Positions 46,198-57,104 of a stretch of DNA of 64,000 bases are shown here, one piece after another. The notes under the pieces were generated by a model. The model did not search any database. It saw only the letters and a program-made list of their open reading frames with translations, and had not been told where the DNA came from. Made by a program: the position numbers and the translations under genes. The first letter of the stretch is position 1. Each line of letters begins with the position of its first letter. The DNA lies in the IMG/VR virus record IMGVR_UViG_3300024502_000010, positions 140,830-204,829 of that record; one strand, written 5' to 3'.

Positions 46198-47403
46198 TCA
46201 GTCGTGCTCACCCATTGCTTTTTGCTTACGGAGTTTCTTAGGATTCTTAGTAATTCCACCAGGACCCTCTGAAGGATAATCGTGGTCGGCACGAGTTCCT
46301 ACACCGTGAGCAGAACCTGCTCTTGCTCTTTCTCTATCATCGGCAGTTAGACCCTTTCTTGGAGAACCATAAGCATCCTTTCTGTTGGCAGGATTGGTTC
46401 TCCTTTGCATTGCTTTTAAGAATGGCTTTCTCTTTGCAGTCATCTTGGTTTTTAATGCTGCACTATATGCTTTTGGAGTTTCGCCGTATGAACCTTCTGC
46501 TTCAGAAATAATTTCAGATCTCCACTCTTCACTCATATTTGCCATAATAGCGATTGCTGCCTCTTCAGTTTCAGCATATCCTTCATCGAGCAAATATCCT
46601 TTTACAATATCGAACATATCAAATCCAGAAACAATACTTCCTGGCTTTTTGGAACCAGTTGCCTTATTTACTGGAGCAGGGGCTGCTGCTGGGGTTGGTT
46701 TTAGTGCTGCAACGGCACCACTCTTTACAATAGCATCAGCTTTTGCTTTTTGTTGATCTGGAGCATTACCAGTTTGATATCCAAATGTCTTTTGCATTAA
46801 AGGATTTGGAGTTTTTGGTTTGATTGATTCTGGACCTGCTGCCTTTGTTCCAGGAGCTGGTTTTGCTGCAGCGGTTGGTGCTGGTTTTGTTGCAGGAGCA
46901 GTTGGCGCTGGTTTTGCTGCTGCTGGTCTTGCTGCTGGGGTTGCTGCTGGTCTTGCTGCTGCTGGTCTTGCTGCTGCTGGTTTTGCTGCTGGTTTTGCTG
47001 CTGGTTTTGCTGCTGGTTTTGCTGCAGGGGGTTTTGCTGCTTGCTTTTGGAGATATTCACCAGTTGTAGAGACTCTTCTGTTTGCCTCAACACCACTCAT
47101 TCCAGTTTTCATTAATTTTTGAACTTTTGCTTTACCACCACCAGCAGAAAATGCAGTCATTACAGGTGCTTGTGGTTTTGCTGCAGGTGCAGGTTTTCCA
47201 CCCATCTGTGTTGATGTGGGAATTTCGCTCAAATATGCCTCATACATCTCTTCCCAAGTATACTCACTCAGGTCATAACCTTCTTCAATAAGAGAATTGA
47301 CCCAGTTCTCAAATTCTTGCTGCTCTTTAATCTCTTGGCGGAGTTCCTCATCATAAACTGCTTGATATGCAAGAGCTGCCTCTCTAAAAATTTTAGAATC
47401 CAT
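46198..47403 (-). CDS. Modular putative head-internal protein with AAKP/AARP repeats
   Basis: TATAAATA upstream; modules shared with 54807-55355. Confidence 0.7.
   Translation of the reverse strand: MDSKIFREAALAYQAVYDEELRQEIKEQQEFENWVNSLIEEGYDLSEYTWEEMYEAYLSEIPTSTQMGGKPAPAAKPQAPVMTAFSAGGGKAKVQKLMKTGMSGVEANRRVSTTGEYLQKQAAKPPAAKPAAKPAAKPAAKPAAARPAAARPAATPAARPAAAKPAPTAPATKPAPTAAAKPAPGTKAAGPESIKPKTPNPLMQKTFGYQTGNAPDQQKAKADAIVKSGAVAALKPTPAAAPAPVNKATGSKKPGSIVSGFDMFDIVKGYLLDEGYAETEEAAIAIMANMSEEWRSEIISEAEGSYGETPKAYSAALKTKMTAKRKPFLKAMQRRTNPANRKDAYGSPRKGLTADDRERARAGSAHGVGTRADHDYPSEGPGGITKNPKKLRKQKAMGEHD
46855..47042. repeat. 12-15 bp tandem repeats (GCTGCTGGTTTT) encoding a Pro/Ala/Lys linker
   Basis: Directly visible. 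Confidence 0.9.
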
Positions 47404-47450
47404 TTTTACAAATACTTTTTTAGTTATTTATAAAAAAAGACCCCGAAGGG

Positions 47451-47636
47451 TCAAACACCAAGAACGGCAGCAATATTATCATCCAGTTGTTGAATAACTC
47501 CACGAATATCAGAGACGCGAGGAGGAACACTTACTTCATCATAAGTATATCCTTTTTGTGCGTCAAACAAAACTTGACGAACTGCTGCTGCTGTACGAGC
47601 ATCCATTTTAATTGCTACTTGTTTTTCTTTAGTCAC
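47451..47636 (-). CDS. Hypothetical protein
   Basis: 61 aa ORF coupled to mazG. Confidence 0.7.
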   Translation of the reverse strand: MTKEKQVAIKMDARTAAAVRQVLFDAQKGYTYDEVSVPPRVSDIRGVIQQLDDNIAAVLGV

Positions 47637-48046
47637 AGGTCTCCCTCCTTACGATTTTCAGAACGATAAACATCAAATGCTCCTTCAGGATAACGAGCAC
47701 TCAGTTTTTCATAGTTCATCTTAAGAATTTCTTCGAAGTTAGTATCGAGTGCCATAAATGCTTGAGACAGATACCAACAGATATCTCCAAGTTCACGCTT
47801 CAAGTGAAAGGCATTCTCTTCATTGTATGGTTTACCTTGAAGGATGATTTTTTTTACAACCTCAGTAAACTCCCCCGCTTCAGCACTCATACCAAGAGCA
47901 GCAGTAAGAAGACGCGGAACATCAGCATCATTAGTTGCTTCAAGTTCAGTCATACGAGCAAGTAGTTGAGCAAAATCACTGCTTGCTGGACTTGTAGTTT
48001 GACGAACGAATTCAATATATTTGTTTGTATCAATAACTTGAGTCAT
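47633..48046 (-). CDS. mazG: MazG-like NTP pyrophosphohydrolase
   Basis: GMSAEAGEF.EVVKK, RELGDICWY. Confidence 0.92.
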   Translation of the reverse strand: MTQVIDTNKYIEFVRQTTSPASSDFAQLLARMTELEATNDADVPRLLTAALGMSAEAGEFTEVVKKIILQGKPYNEENAFHLKRELGDICWYLSQAFMALDTNFEEILKMNYEKLSARYPEGAFDVYRSENRKEGDL

Positions 48047-48047
48047 A

Positions 48048-49424
48048 TTAGAATTTAAATCCTTCAAATGATTTTTTAGGTTTTCTTTCTTCATAATCAT
48101 ACTCTTCATCCTTTCCATTGTCAAGGATATCTTGTTGAGCAGATTGTTCGCAATCATAAAGACGCATTTTAGCACGGTCAATACCAATCACAAATCTTTT
48201 ATGAATGGTAGGATCATTATAACGATTCTTAAGTTGTTTTACAAGAATCTGTCCAAGACCTTCAAGTTCTTCGGTAGAAATCAACGCAAACATTAAGTCA
48301 GCAGTTGCAGGAAGACCAAAACTCTCAGAAGTATCGGTCAGTTCCACATCAGAAGAACCATAACCAGAACGAGTAGTCTGTGTAGCACTAACAATAGGAA
48401 CATTAAACTCTACAGCAAGACCACGAAGTTCTTCTGCAATTGCCTTTACAAAGGTATAAGAGTTGATATTACTATTGCCCTTATACCTTGAAGATGAACA
48501 AATGTTCAGATAGTCAATGAAAATAATATCTGGTTTAAATGATTTCTTAAGTGCAAGTTCATTTAAGAGAGACTTGAAGTGCCCAGCATGTGCAGAAGCA
48601 GTTGGATACTCTTTAATGATTAGAGTTCCTTGAGTTTTCTTTGCAAGATTCGTGACCTTGTTCTCAAACATTTGCTTGGGGAGGTCTACAATATCTTGAA
48701 TAGGGACATTCAGGAGGTTTGCGTCAATTCTTTCAGCAATGCGTTCTTCTGCCATTTCCAACGTAATGTACAGAACGTTCCTCCCTTGGAGCAAGACGGA
48801 GCTAGCCACATGGCACATGAATAGAGACTTGCCGACGCCCGTACCAGCAAGAGCGATGTTAAGAGTTTTGTTAGGGAGACCACCTTTCGTGATTTTATTA
48901 AAGTATTCAAGATCAAATTCAATTTTATCCTCCTTTTTATGATAAGATTCGTAGCGTTGTTCATAATCCTGAAGATAATCGTGCCCTACATGATTATCAA
49001 AACTTACAGCAAGAGCATCAGAAAGAATAGAAGGAATACTATCACGATTCTTCTTTTCATCATTTCCATCAGCAATATGAATAGATTCCATAAGTGCCAA
49101 ATAAATGGCACGATCCCGACACCACTTTTCAGTTGTGTCAACTAACCAATTAAACTCTGTAGGAACATCTTCAAGACAGGAAATGATTTGTGCAATTTCC
49201 TTAAAAGATTGCTCATTTATATCTGTTCTTTTTTCTACTTCAATACATAGAACTTCTTTTGTTGCTGGTTGATTATATTCTTGAACAAAAGAAAGAATTT
49301 CTTCAAATACAATCTTTTGATTACTATCTTCAAAATATTCTGATTTAATGAAAGGTATTACTTTTCTAATAAACTGCTCATTGTGTAAAAGGTTTCTAAG
49401 AATTAGAAACTCAACTTTCTCCAT
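48048..49424 (-). CDS. 41: Replicative helicase
   Basis: [25 protein letters not shown]. Confidence 0.96.
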   Translation of the reverse strand: MEKVEFLILRNLLHNEQFIRKVIPFIKSEYFEDSNQKIVFEEILSFVQEYNQPATKEVLCIEVEKRTDINEQSFKEIAQIISCLEDVPTEFNWLVDTTEKWCRDRAIYLALMESIHIADGNDEKKNRDSIPSILSDALAVSFDNHVGHDYLQDYEQRYESYHKKEDKIEFDLEYFNKITKGGLPNKTLNIALAGTGVGKSLFMCHVASSVLLQGRNVLYITLEMAEERIAERIDANLLNVPIQDIVDLPKQMFENKVTNLAKKTQGTLIIKEYPTASAHAGHFKSLLNELALKKSFKPDIIFIDYLNICSSSRYKGNSNINSYTFVKAIAEELRGLAVEFNVPIVSATQTTRSGYGSSDVELTDTSESFGLPATADLMFALISTEELEGLGQILVKQLKNRYNDPTIHKRFVIGIDRAKMRLYDCEQSAQQDILDNGKDEEYDYEERKPKKSFEGFKF

Positions 49425-50418
49425 AACTGAATTCCTTGCGTGCGATTTCGTCCAACTGTTGCATTACTTCTTCGGTGAAATATACTTCAGGTTCTTTTAG
49501 AATCTGTTTAGCATAAATTTTCTTACCATCAATCTCATAGCGACCCGCTACATTCTTCCAGAGTCCACCAATCTCACCAAGTTCCAAAAGACCATAGTAA
49601 CGATCAAGACCGCGCTCATCATAATACAGACGGACTTCAACATCTTTGTTCTCCTTACTCAAACGCGACTTAGCAGTCTTAGCTTTGATAATATTGCCGA
49701 CCACTTCTGTTCCATCCTTTTCTTTCTTTTTGCTGAGATAAATGATTGAAGACGCTGCGTATTTGAGTCCGCTGCCTCCACCCATTTCTTTAGTTGGTAC
49801 GTAAGCTCCGATAACATCATAAGTGTGATTTGTTACTATCATTGGAATTTTTGCTTGACCTAGTTTTAAGGTAAGCATACGAAATGCACCTTTGATTAGT
49901 TGTGATTTAGTCATATCACGAACTTCTTTATCATTCAATGCATCATTAATCTCTTTGCTGGTAGAAAGCATTCCCAAAGAGTCTAGCACAAACATGCAAG
50001 GATTGCGCTCTCCTTCAGGTTTTTTCATGTACATATCTACTGCTTTGAGTGCCGTTCCACGAAACTCTTCAACAGTGACAACATTAACAACCACAAGACG
50101 AGAAGTATCAATTCCACGGGATTCTAGAAGAGATTTAGTTATAGCAGCTTCAGTATCAAAGTAGAGGCAATAACCATCGGGATTATTATCCAAAAAATTC
50201 TTAACAACGGCGAGACTGAAGAAAGTCTTTCCAGTAGAAGACTCTCCAGCAATAGCAGTAATCTTATTGCCAGATACACCACCAAATATGCTACCTGAAA
50301 CCAGTGCATTAAAAATGTACGAACCTGTGTCAACATACTTTTCAGTTTCATCAATATCCGAAGCAAGTTGTGTGTACTCACCACCGATTTCTTTTACAAT
50401 GTCTTTAAGAAAATCCAT
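49411..50418 (-). CDS. uvsX: RecA-like recombinase
   Basis: [27 protein letters not shown]. Confidence 0.96.
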   Translation of the reverse strand: MDFLKDIVKEIGGEYTQLASDIDETEKYVDTGSYIFNALVSGSIFGGVSGNKITAIAGESSTGKTFFSLAVVKNFLDNNPDGYCLYFDTEAAITKSLLESRGIDTSRLVVVNVVTVEEFRGTALKAVDMYMKKPEGERNPCMFVLDSLGMLSTSKEINDALNDKEVRDMTKSQLIKGAFRMLTLKLGQAKIPMIVTNHTYDVIGAYVPTKEMGGGSGLKYAASSIIYLSKKKEKDGTEVVGNIIKAKTAKSRLSKENKDVEVRLYYDERGLDRYYGLLELGEIGGLWKNVAGRYEIDGKKIYAKQILKEPEVYFTEEVMQQLDEIARKEFSYGES

Positions 50419-52913
50419 TAGGCAAAAAATAATTCAAGGTTTACTGTTTTTTCAACGCTCCACCCAATTGCATCAAGAATGATTTTGAGTGGCTCTAGAA
50501 ATGCTTTCTCAAATTGTAGTTCATAGTCTATGTATTTGTCAAGATTAAGTTCCTTTGGAAATTCCTGAATGAAAGAAATAATATTTTCATGAATACTATT
50601 AGGTTTCTTCAGATAGATAAACTTAATTTTTTCCCCATTTTGGATAAGTGAATACTTATTTGTAAGTTTATTTTGTTTAATGTAATGATTAAAGAGAAGT
50701 GCTCCACGAATATGAATTGGAGTTCCCTTGATATAAATTTGAGACGAAGACTGATACTTAACTACATCAGAGGCAGAGCGAGGGAATGAAATTTGCTCTG
50801 GTGGGAGGTTTTTAAATTCTTTGCGAGCATTCTCAATAAAATCAATTACTTCATCTTCTGTTCCACTCATCATAAGTTTTAATGCATCCTTAATCATTTT
50901 GCGACAAGGAGCTGGAGTAGAAGATTTAACAGCTTCAATACCCATCATTTTCAGTTTAGGTTCTTCATAGCGAACACCCTCACTATCCCAAACGTTAAGA
51001 ATGTATCGTTTCTTAGCGGTCCAAATTCCACGGTCTGCAATGTTCTCCCGCTTCATTTGCATTTTTTGATCATATGCATTTACATAGTCCGCCAGTTCTT
51101 GGTAAGAACTTTCAATATATTTTTCAAGTTCCAACGAAGCGACCTTATCAAGGAACGAAACAACGCTTTCAGTAGTTTTCTCTCTTCCTTTGAATACAGT
51201 TTCAACCAAAGGACCCATATTAAGATAAATGGAATCAGTATCTGAAGCAATAACATAATCTACATTATCTGTTTTAAGAATTTTATTGAGGTAAGAATTC
51301 ATTTTACCTTCAATCCAACGAATAGAAACCTGACCACTTAAAGTAATTGCTTCAGCATTTTCAAGTTTGTAATAACGGAAATACTGATTACCAATCGCAC
51401 CATAAGCAGAGTTCAAAGAAATCTTCTTTGCCATCTGAATATTATTACAACGAGCAATCTCTTTTACAAGTTCCTTGTTCTTAGTCTTCTCATATTCTTT
51501 TTTCGCTTCAATCATTTTCTTCTTGAAGATTACTCGGTCTTGATACATTTTTTCCATTAGTTCAGGAAGAAATCCACGAACGTCTTTGCGGAACATTGCA
51601 CCATTTGCACATACTGCATAATCTTTATAGAGTTCAAAACTGATTTCTTGATTCAGAATTTTATCAACAGTTGCTGTGGGATGCCTTTCATCCACCAGAG
51701 TTTCTGGTGAGATGTTATATTGCATAATCAAGTGTGGATAAAGTGAATTAAGGTCAAAGTTTACAACCCAATCATACTTTCCAGGAATTGGTTCTTTTAC
51801 ATAAGCACCAGCATACTTTTCATTTTTTTGCGTTTTATTTCTTGGCGGAATTACAATGTTTCTTTTCTTAAGATAATTGTAGATGATGTTGTCCCACATC
51901 CGAACTTGATAGAACACATCGGCATAATTTACTTTGGCATCATATGCCATCGTAAGTGCCAACTCAATCAGTTTCATCTTATCTTCTAAACGGTCAACAA
52001 GTTCTACGTCAACGATGTTGTACTCAATAAATTTCTGCCAACCTTGGGTATAGAAATCTTTGAAGGTATCAAACTCAGAGTGGTCAAGTTTCTTCTGACC
52101 AAGTTCTACCTCAGCAATATAATCAAGACGATATGATTCCTGTGCCTTATAAGTAAACTTCTTATAAAGATCAAGATAGTCAAGTTGAGTCATTCCACCC
52201 ACATCAAATGTGGTGTGTTTGCGTCCATTAATAAACACTTCACCTTCTGTGACAAGTCCCCAATTAGAAAAACGTTTCATCAGTTTTTCGCCAAGAACAC
52301 GATTCAGACGCTTGCAGATATAAGGAATATCATATAATTGAATATTCCAACCAGTCACAACATCTGGAACATCAATCATCCAATAATTAATAAAATTATT
52401 GAGAAGTTCATATTCAGATGGGCAGTGATGATACGTTAAGTCACTACGATTATGCTTGAAAGGTCGAACCCCCCAAGTAATAATTTTTTTAGTTGTATAA
52501 TCTTGAATTGTAATTGCAAGGATTTCTTCGGAACAAGATTCTACATCAGGGAATCCCTGCTCCGAAGCAACCTCAATGTCCAGAGTTACAAGTTTAATTT
52601 TATTGATATCAAACTTAATTTCATCCTCCGAATATTTTTCAGAGATGTATTGATAGATATATCGATCATTTCCATAGATCTCAAATCCATCAACTTCATC
52701 ATATTTTTTATAGAACTCTCGACAGTCCTTTACTGTTCCAGGATTAATTGGTTCTACCGATTCTCCACTTAATGTTCTATACTTAGAATCTTTTTTAGTT
52801 TTTACAAAGAGAGTTGGAAAGAACTCATCTCTTGTCTCAAATCTTTTACCATTTTCTACTCCACGAACCAAAAACTGATTTCCAATCAATTGAACATTAG
52901 TGTAAAATCTCAT
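50418..52913 (-). CDS. 43: Family B DNA polymerase
   Basis: DIEV exonuclease, [21 protein letters not shown]. Confidence 0.98.
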   Translation of the reverse strand: MRFYTNVQLIGNQFLVRGVENGKRFETRDEFFPTLFVKTKKDSKYRTLSGESVEPINPGTVKDCREFYKKYDEVDGFEIYGNDRYIYQYISEKYSEDEIKFDINKIKLVTLDIEVASEQGFPDVESCSEEILAITIQDYTTKKIITWGVRPFKHNRSDLTYHHCPSEYELLNNFINYWMIDVPDVVTGWNIQLYDIPYICKRLNRVLGEKLMKRFSNWGLVTEGEVFINGRKHTTFDVGGMTQLDYLDLYKKFTYKAQESYRLDYIAEVELGQKKLDHSEFDTFKDFYTQGWQKFIEYNIVDVELVDRLEDKMKLIELALTMAYDAKVNYADVFYQVRMWDNIIYNYLKKRNIVIPPRNKTQKNEKYAGAYVKEPIPGKYDWVVNFDLNSLYPHLIMQYNISPETLVDERHPTATVDKILNQEISFELYKDYAVCANGAMFRKDVRGFLPELMEKMYQDRVIFKKKMIEAKKEYEKTKNKELVKEIARCNNIQMAKKISLNSAYGAIGNQYFRYYKLENAEAITLSGQVSIRWIEGKMNSYLNKILKTDNVDYVIASDTDSIYLNMGPLVETVFKGREKTTESVVSFLDKVASLELEKYIESSYQELADYVNAYDQKMQMKRENIADRGIWTAKKRYILNVWDSEGVRYEEPKLKMMGIEAVKSSTPAPCRKMIKDALKLMMSGTEDEVIDFIENARKEFKNLPPEQISFPRSASDVVKYQSSSQIYIKGTPIHIRGALLFNHYIKQNKLTNKYSLIQNGEKIKFIYLKKPNSIHENIISFIQEFPKELNLDKYIDYELQFEKAFLEPLKIILDAIGWSVEKTVNLELFFA

Positions 52914-53176
52914 TCTTTAATCAAGTCCTCATATTTTTCAAGTAGAGTTGGAGTTGGATCAACAAGTGTTAGAATCTTATCCGAACTCATCATAAACGAA
53001 TCTTGTTTTGTATATCCCATCAAAAAAGGTTCTAAAACTTTCTGAGAACCATCTCTTATTAAGAAAGGTTTGATAAGTTTACAATCAGGTTCTCCAATAT
53101 CAGCGCCTACTTCTTCAATCTGACTTATCAGAATTTGATTGTTCAGTAGAACTATTACTTTGGTTATCGTTTCCAT
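52910..53176 (-). CDS. Small Sm-like beta protein
   Basis: 88 aa ORF. Confidence 0.65.
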   Translation of the reverse strand: METITKVIVLLNNQILISQIEEVGADIGEPDCKLIKPFLIRDGSQKVLEPFLMGYTKQDSFMMSSDKILTLVDPTPTLLEKYEDLIKE

Positions 53177-53510
53177 AGTTTATAACATCGTTTAAATACA
53201 TATCTTTCAGTTTATCACTTGGATTGACCATAGTGACCACCCATTCCTTTGTTAAAGGAATAACACTATCTTTAGATAGTGGCATCCACGGGAATAAGGT
53301 AACTCTAAAAGAAGCTTTTGAAGGGTCTTCTTTCATTTCCTCTTCATCAAACTTTTCTGGAACATTTGATGGGGGTGTCATTTTAACAACGCATGGTTTA
53401 TTCAAGAAATATCCAACCATAACTGGATTTTCTTCGTCACCAACTACCATTTCTTTTACATCTGCAATCAAGTCTTCACCAGACTTAAGCAACATTAGTC
53501 TTACAGTCAT
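53115..53510 (-). CDS. Small Sm-like beta protein
   Basis: MTVRLMLLKSGEDLIADV; promoter TTGACT-17-TACAAT. Confidence 0.7.
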   Translation of the reverse strand: MTVRLMLLKSGEDLIADVKEMVVGDEENPVMVGYFLNKPCVVKMTPPSNVPEKFDEEEMKEDPSKASFRVTLFPWMPLSKDSVIPLTKEWVVTMVNPSDKLKDMYLNDVINYGNDNQSNSSTEQSNSDKSD

Positions 53511-53607
53511 TTTTACTCCATACCTCTTACTATTGTAGCAACAAAAAAAGGAGGAGTCAACCTGGATTTTGCCAGGTGCTCCTCGCGCCGACGATATTCA
53601 ATACTAT

Positions 53608-53769
53608 TTATTCCCCACCGTCACCATCTCCATTACCACCAGCACTTGAACGACTTCTTACAGGAACTGCTTTTCCTTTTGGAACTTGCTTTTGTTTTCC
53701 TTGAGAATAAACAGTATGTGGGATTGCTCCCTTATATGCAATTGTTTTGAACTCGTCAAAAGATTTCAT
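53608..53769 (-). CDS. 53 aa basic protein with CTS-like N-terminus
   Basis: MKSFDEFKTIAYKGAIPH...; CTAAATA upstream; absent from the ORF track. Confidence 0.6.
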   Translation of the reverse strand: MKSFDEFKTIAYKGAIPHTVYSQGKQKQVPKGKAVPVRSRSSAGGNGDGDGGE

Positions 53770-53783
53770 TTTTTTATTTTTAT

Positions 53784-54218
53784 TTAGAGATAATCCTTTC
53801 GTGCATGGTGCTCAGGAACAATCTTACCAAGAACAACGGTTAGCAATCCATCCTCGAATAGAACTTCTTTAATGGTTGTATCATCTGATAATGTCCATGC
53901 TCTCTTGAAAGATCGTTGAGCCAATCCCTTATGGATGTAGTTGGTATCGGACTCCCTATCTTCCTTCTGTCCTTCGACAAAAAGTTTTCCATACTCCGTG
54001 TATACATGTACTTCCTCCTTCTTAAATCCGGCAAGTGCAAGTTCGAGTCGTGATTCTACATTACTAACTTGAACAAGGTTATATGGGGGGTAATTAGAAG
54101 TTGTTTCATGAAGATTAAATAGACGATCAAAATATTCATCCATTCCAATACTATTGCGGTTAATCCTTTCCAATAGGGCAGGAAGATCCGACGCGGTATA
54201 TCGCATGAGGTTAGTCAT
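53784..54218 (-). CDS. hsp20: Small heat shock protein
   Basis: YPPYNL, LALAGF, HKGLAQRSF.R, DGLLTV. Confidence 0.96.
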   Translation of the reverse strand: MTNLMRYTASDLPALLERINRNSIGMDEYFDRLFNLHETTSNYPPYNLVQVSNVESRLELALAGFKKEEVHVYTEYGKLFVEGQKEDRESDTNYIHKGLAQRSFKRAWTLSDDTTIKEVLFEDGLLTVVLGKIVPEHHARKDYL

Positions 54219-54285
54219 TATAGTAGCTCCTTTGAAAGCGAGGTTTGATTTTGTGATCCCAATAAGGCGATCATTAATAATTTAT
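54219..54285 (-). promoter_or_regulatory. ROSE-like RNA thermometer in hsp20 5' UTR
   Basis: CUCGCU-UUCAA-AGGAG pairs the SD with a bulged G; upstream hairpin UGAUC..GAUCA. Confidence 0.5.
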
Positions 54286-54302
54286 AACAGTTTTTATTAT
54301 TT

Positions 54303-54710
54303 TTAAAGTGTGGTTTCTACTACATTATTCTTAACTGGTCTTCCAAATGTTCCAGGAGGAAACTTCATACCTTTGTTCCAAGCAGGTTTCCCCTTCATAG
54401 ACATACCGGTTTTCTGTCTTGACGCTTTATCTCTTTTTGATCCAGAAGTACCTTCACCACCATCGGTTTTATTAACCAATACACCACCACTATCTTTTTT
54501 ACCCCAAAACTTTATGAGTGCTATTTCCAAAGATAATGCTTCTTGTTCTGTTAAGTTTTCTTTTATTCTTACTATTCTATCTCTATCAGGAGGTCGTTGA
54601 GCTAATCCTAACTTTCTTTTATTTGTGTCTCTAAATCCAGAACCTTTCCCAATGTAGTAAGGAGAATATCTATCTTCACGCAAATAAGCGTAAACGTAAT
54701 ACCTTTCCAT
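54303..54710 (-). mobile_element. GIY-YIG/NUMOD3 homing endonuclease
   Basis: YYVYAY...PYYIGKG, E..LI, N.TDGGEG, KGKPAWNKG. Confidence 0.85.
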
Positions 54711-54806
54711 CTGCTTTGTTTGTGGTTATAGTTATTTATAAAAGAAAAGGAGCATTTCTGCCCCCAATCCTTTGCTTGAATAACCACAAACAAGCACTAA
54801 TATTTA

Positions 54807-55355
54807 TCAACCAATAATACTCTCTCTCCACTCTTCGCTCATATTCACCATAATTGCTTCTGCTGCTTCTGGTGTTTCAGCATATCCTTCATCAAGTAAG
54901 TGTGAGAGGATAATATCGTAAAGGTCAAAGTTTTCTCCAATCTCACCCATCGCTTGTTGCTTACGAAGTTTCTTAGGATTTTTGGTTACTGTTCCAGAAC
55001 CTTCTGTATGTTTTTTATATTTTGGATCATAAGGAGAAAGTCGTCTAGATCTTGTTGCTGCTGCTTCTCTGTTTCTGTCTCTATCCGATTGAGTCATTCC
55101 AGTTCTCATATGCCCACCAGCACCAAAAGTACCTCCCCCCTTATGTCCAAGAGATTGATGTCGTTTTATAGTTTCTGGTTCTTCTTCTCTTGATCGTGCT
55201 TTATTTTTAAGTTTCCTATACATCTCCTGTCTTTCGGGAGTTTGTCCCTTTTTTTGCCTTTCAAGTTTTGCTGCTCTATCAGCAACATCTCCTGAGGCAC
55301 CCTCAACAACTTCCATATATGCTTCTTGAAGACTACGAAATTCTTGCGCGTCCAT
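54807..55355 (-). CDS. Modular putative head-internal protein
   Basis: TATAAATA upstream; shares two modules with 46198-47403. Confidence 0.7.
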   Translation of the reverse strand: MDAQEFRSLQEAYMEVVEGASGDVADRAAKLERQKKGQTPERQEMYRKLKNKARSREEEPETIKRHQSLGHKGGGTFGAGGHMRTGMTQSDRDRNREAAATRSRRLSPYDPKYKKHTEGSGTVTKNPKKLRKQQAMGEIGENFDLYDIILSHLLDEGYAETPEAAEAIMVNMSEEWRESIIG

Positions 55356-55481
55356 TTTTAATAATACTTTTTAGGTATTTATAAAATACAAGAAACGAAA
55401 AAAAGAGGTATCGGCAAAACCGAACCTCTTTTTAGGGTGTTCCGACTTTTGTAGAGTGCCGCACGAATGGCACACTACTAT

Positions 55482-55919
55482 TTATTCGGTTTCTACTGCT
55501 TTTCCTTTCTTACCAATATTATACTTCTGTTCTAAAATCCAATCTCCCTTATCCTTATAAGCAAGGACTTTGATTTGATTCAGGGGAGCAATATCATTTA
55601 CAGAATCTGGTTTAATAACTGTAATTAGACCCCAATCAGCAAGAAGACGGACGATTCTATTTCTTCTCTGCACATCATTAACAGTAAGATTGGCATGTTT
55701 ACCATCAAGAGCAAATAATTCTTTAAAGTGAACAATATAATACCTACCTTGCTTATGTAAAATATGGCAAGACTGATAGAGTTTTTTCTCCTTACGTGAA
55801 GCAACTCCGATACGGGTCAGGGTTTCACGAACTTTAAGGAAGTCGTCAGGTTCATTAAGAATTACTTCTACCATTTGGTCCTGAGACCATTCAACAGTAG
55901 GTTCTACCGTAGTAGTCAT
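55482..55919 (-). CDS. regA: Translational repressor
   Basis: DDFLKVRETLTRIG, LYQSCHILHKQG.YYIVHFKE. Confidence 0.97.
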   Translation of the reverse strand: MTTTVEPTVEWSQDQMVEVILNEPDDFLKVRETLTRIGVASRKEKKLYQSCHILHKQGRYYIVHFKELFALDGKHANLTVNDVQRRNRIVRLLADWGLITVIKPDSVNDIAPLNQIKVLAYKDKGDWILEQKYNIGKKGKAVETE

Positions 55920-56284
55920 TTTTTTCCTCCAATATCAAGTCGTTTTTTGATGAAAGTTAGTTGTTCTTTTGTCAGGATTTTCAGTGCTTGAGATGCTTTT
56001 TCATTACTATAACCATAGTATTGTTTAACACATTCTAAGTCTGTAACCTTATCCTTTCGGAGCCAGGGAGAAAATCTCTTCTTTTTCCTCAAACTATTTA
56101 GATAAAACGAATATTGCATATCCTTGGAAAGATGATGATGCATATTCATTTCATTAGAAAAAAGAACACAATCAATGTGACCAGATAAACACCTATTAAT
56201 AATAAAAGGTGGATATGAACTAATATCTTCGGATAAATCTTCTTTTGTAAAATTAATTGAGTTGAGCCAATCTTTGAGTTCCAT
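55916..56284 (-). CDS. 62: Clamp loader small subunit
   Basis: YPPFIINRCLS, RFSPW, YYGYS. Confidence 0.9.
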   Translation of the reverse strand: MELKDWLNSINFTKEDLSEDISSYPPFIINRCLSGHIDCVLFSNEMNMHHHLSKDMQYSFYLNSLRKKKRFSPWLRKDKVTDLECVKQYYGYSNEKASQALKILTKEQLTFIKKRLDIGGKK

Positions 56285-57104
56285 AATTAAATAGCAGCAA
56301 TTCTTTTCTATCTTTTTGCTCTCGCATATATTCACCAACAGAACGCATCGTATAAGTCAAATCAAACTCGGCAGCGTTCCAATCTTTAAATCGGTCTTTT
56401 ACGAGTTGGTCTGAGTTATAACTAATCAATTGATGCATATTAACACGAAAATCACAATCAGCAGCAAACTTATCATGATCGAATCCTTTGTGCATTGATC
56501 CCTTACGCCCATAGAGATTATCCTTAATATCATAAGGAGGATCGAGATACACAAAAGCAGTAGTGTCTCCATCCAAAAGATAATCGTATGAATAGTTAGT
56601 TATACGCCAATGCTTAATTATCTTAGAATACTCAGGCAGTTTTTCAATCCCACGCAAACTGAAGTTGTTGTTGGATGCCTGTGGTGAAAATGATGAACTC
56701 TCCGTGAGACCACTGAAACTACACTTATTGACAACATAGAAAGCCACAGCACGATCAATGCTTGGCAAATCCTTGTCATTTACTTGCTCCTTTGCTTTAA
56801 GAAAAAGTTCTTTTGCCAGGACCGGAGTATTATTTGTCGTCTTAAGATCTACAAGTTTATCTTTAATATCCACCCCAAACATCTGGAGTTGTTGCCAGAA
56901 GTTTACAAGAGGTTCATATAAATCATTCACCCAAATATCTAGGTTAGGATACTTCTTTGTGATATAAATCGCAACACTTCCACCACCAAGAAATGGTTCA
57001 CGGAACTCACGATAATCACGAAGGTCTGGAAAGTATGGTCCCATCTTTTCACATGCGCGGGATTTACCACCAGGATATCTTAGAGGTGTTTTAAGAGATT
57101 TCAT
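56253..57104 (-). CDS. dam: DNA adenine methyltransferase (Dam/D12 class)
   Basis: LRYPGGKS, EPFLGGGS, YLDPPY. Confidence 0.93.
   Translation of the reverse strand: MKSLKTPLRYPGGKSRACEKMGPYFPDLRDYREFREPFLGGGSVAIYITKKYPNLDIWVNDLYEPLVNFWQQLQMFGVDIKDKLVDLKTTNNTPVLAKELFLKAKEQVNDKDLPSIDRAVAFYVVNKCSFSGLTESSSFSPQASNNNFSLRGIEKLPEYSKIIKHWRITNYSYDYLLDGDTTAFVYLDPPYDIKDNLYGRKGSMHKGFDHDKFAADCDFRVNMHQLISYNSDQLVKDRFKDWNAAEFDLTYTMRSVGEYMREQKDRKELLLFNYGTQRLAQLN

Noticed and set aside
46855-47042. Short tandem repeats as a CRISPR or mini-array
   Set aside because: No unique spacers; in-frame codon repeats encoding an AAKP linker
34950-52913. Introns or inteins in nrdA, nrdB, gp41, uvsX, gp43
   Set aside because: ORFs are continuous and of normal length
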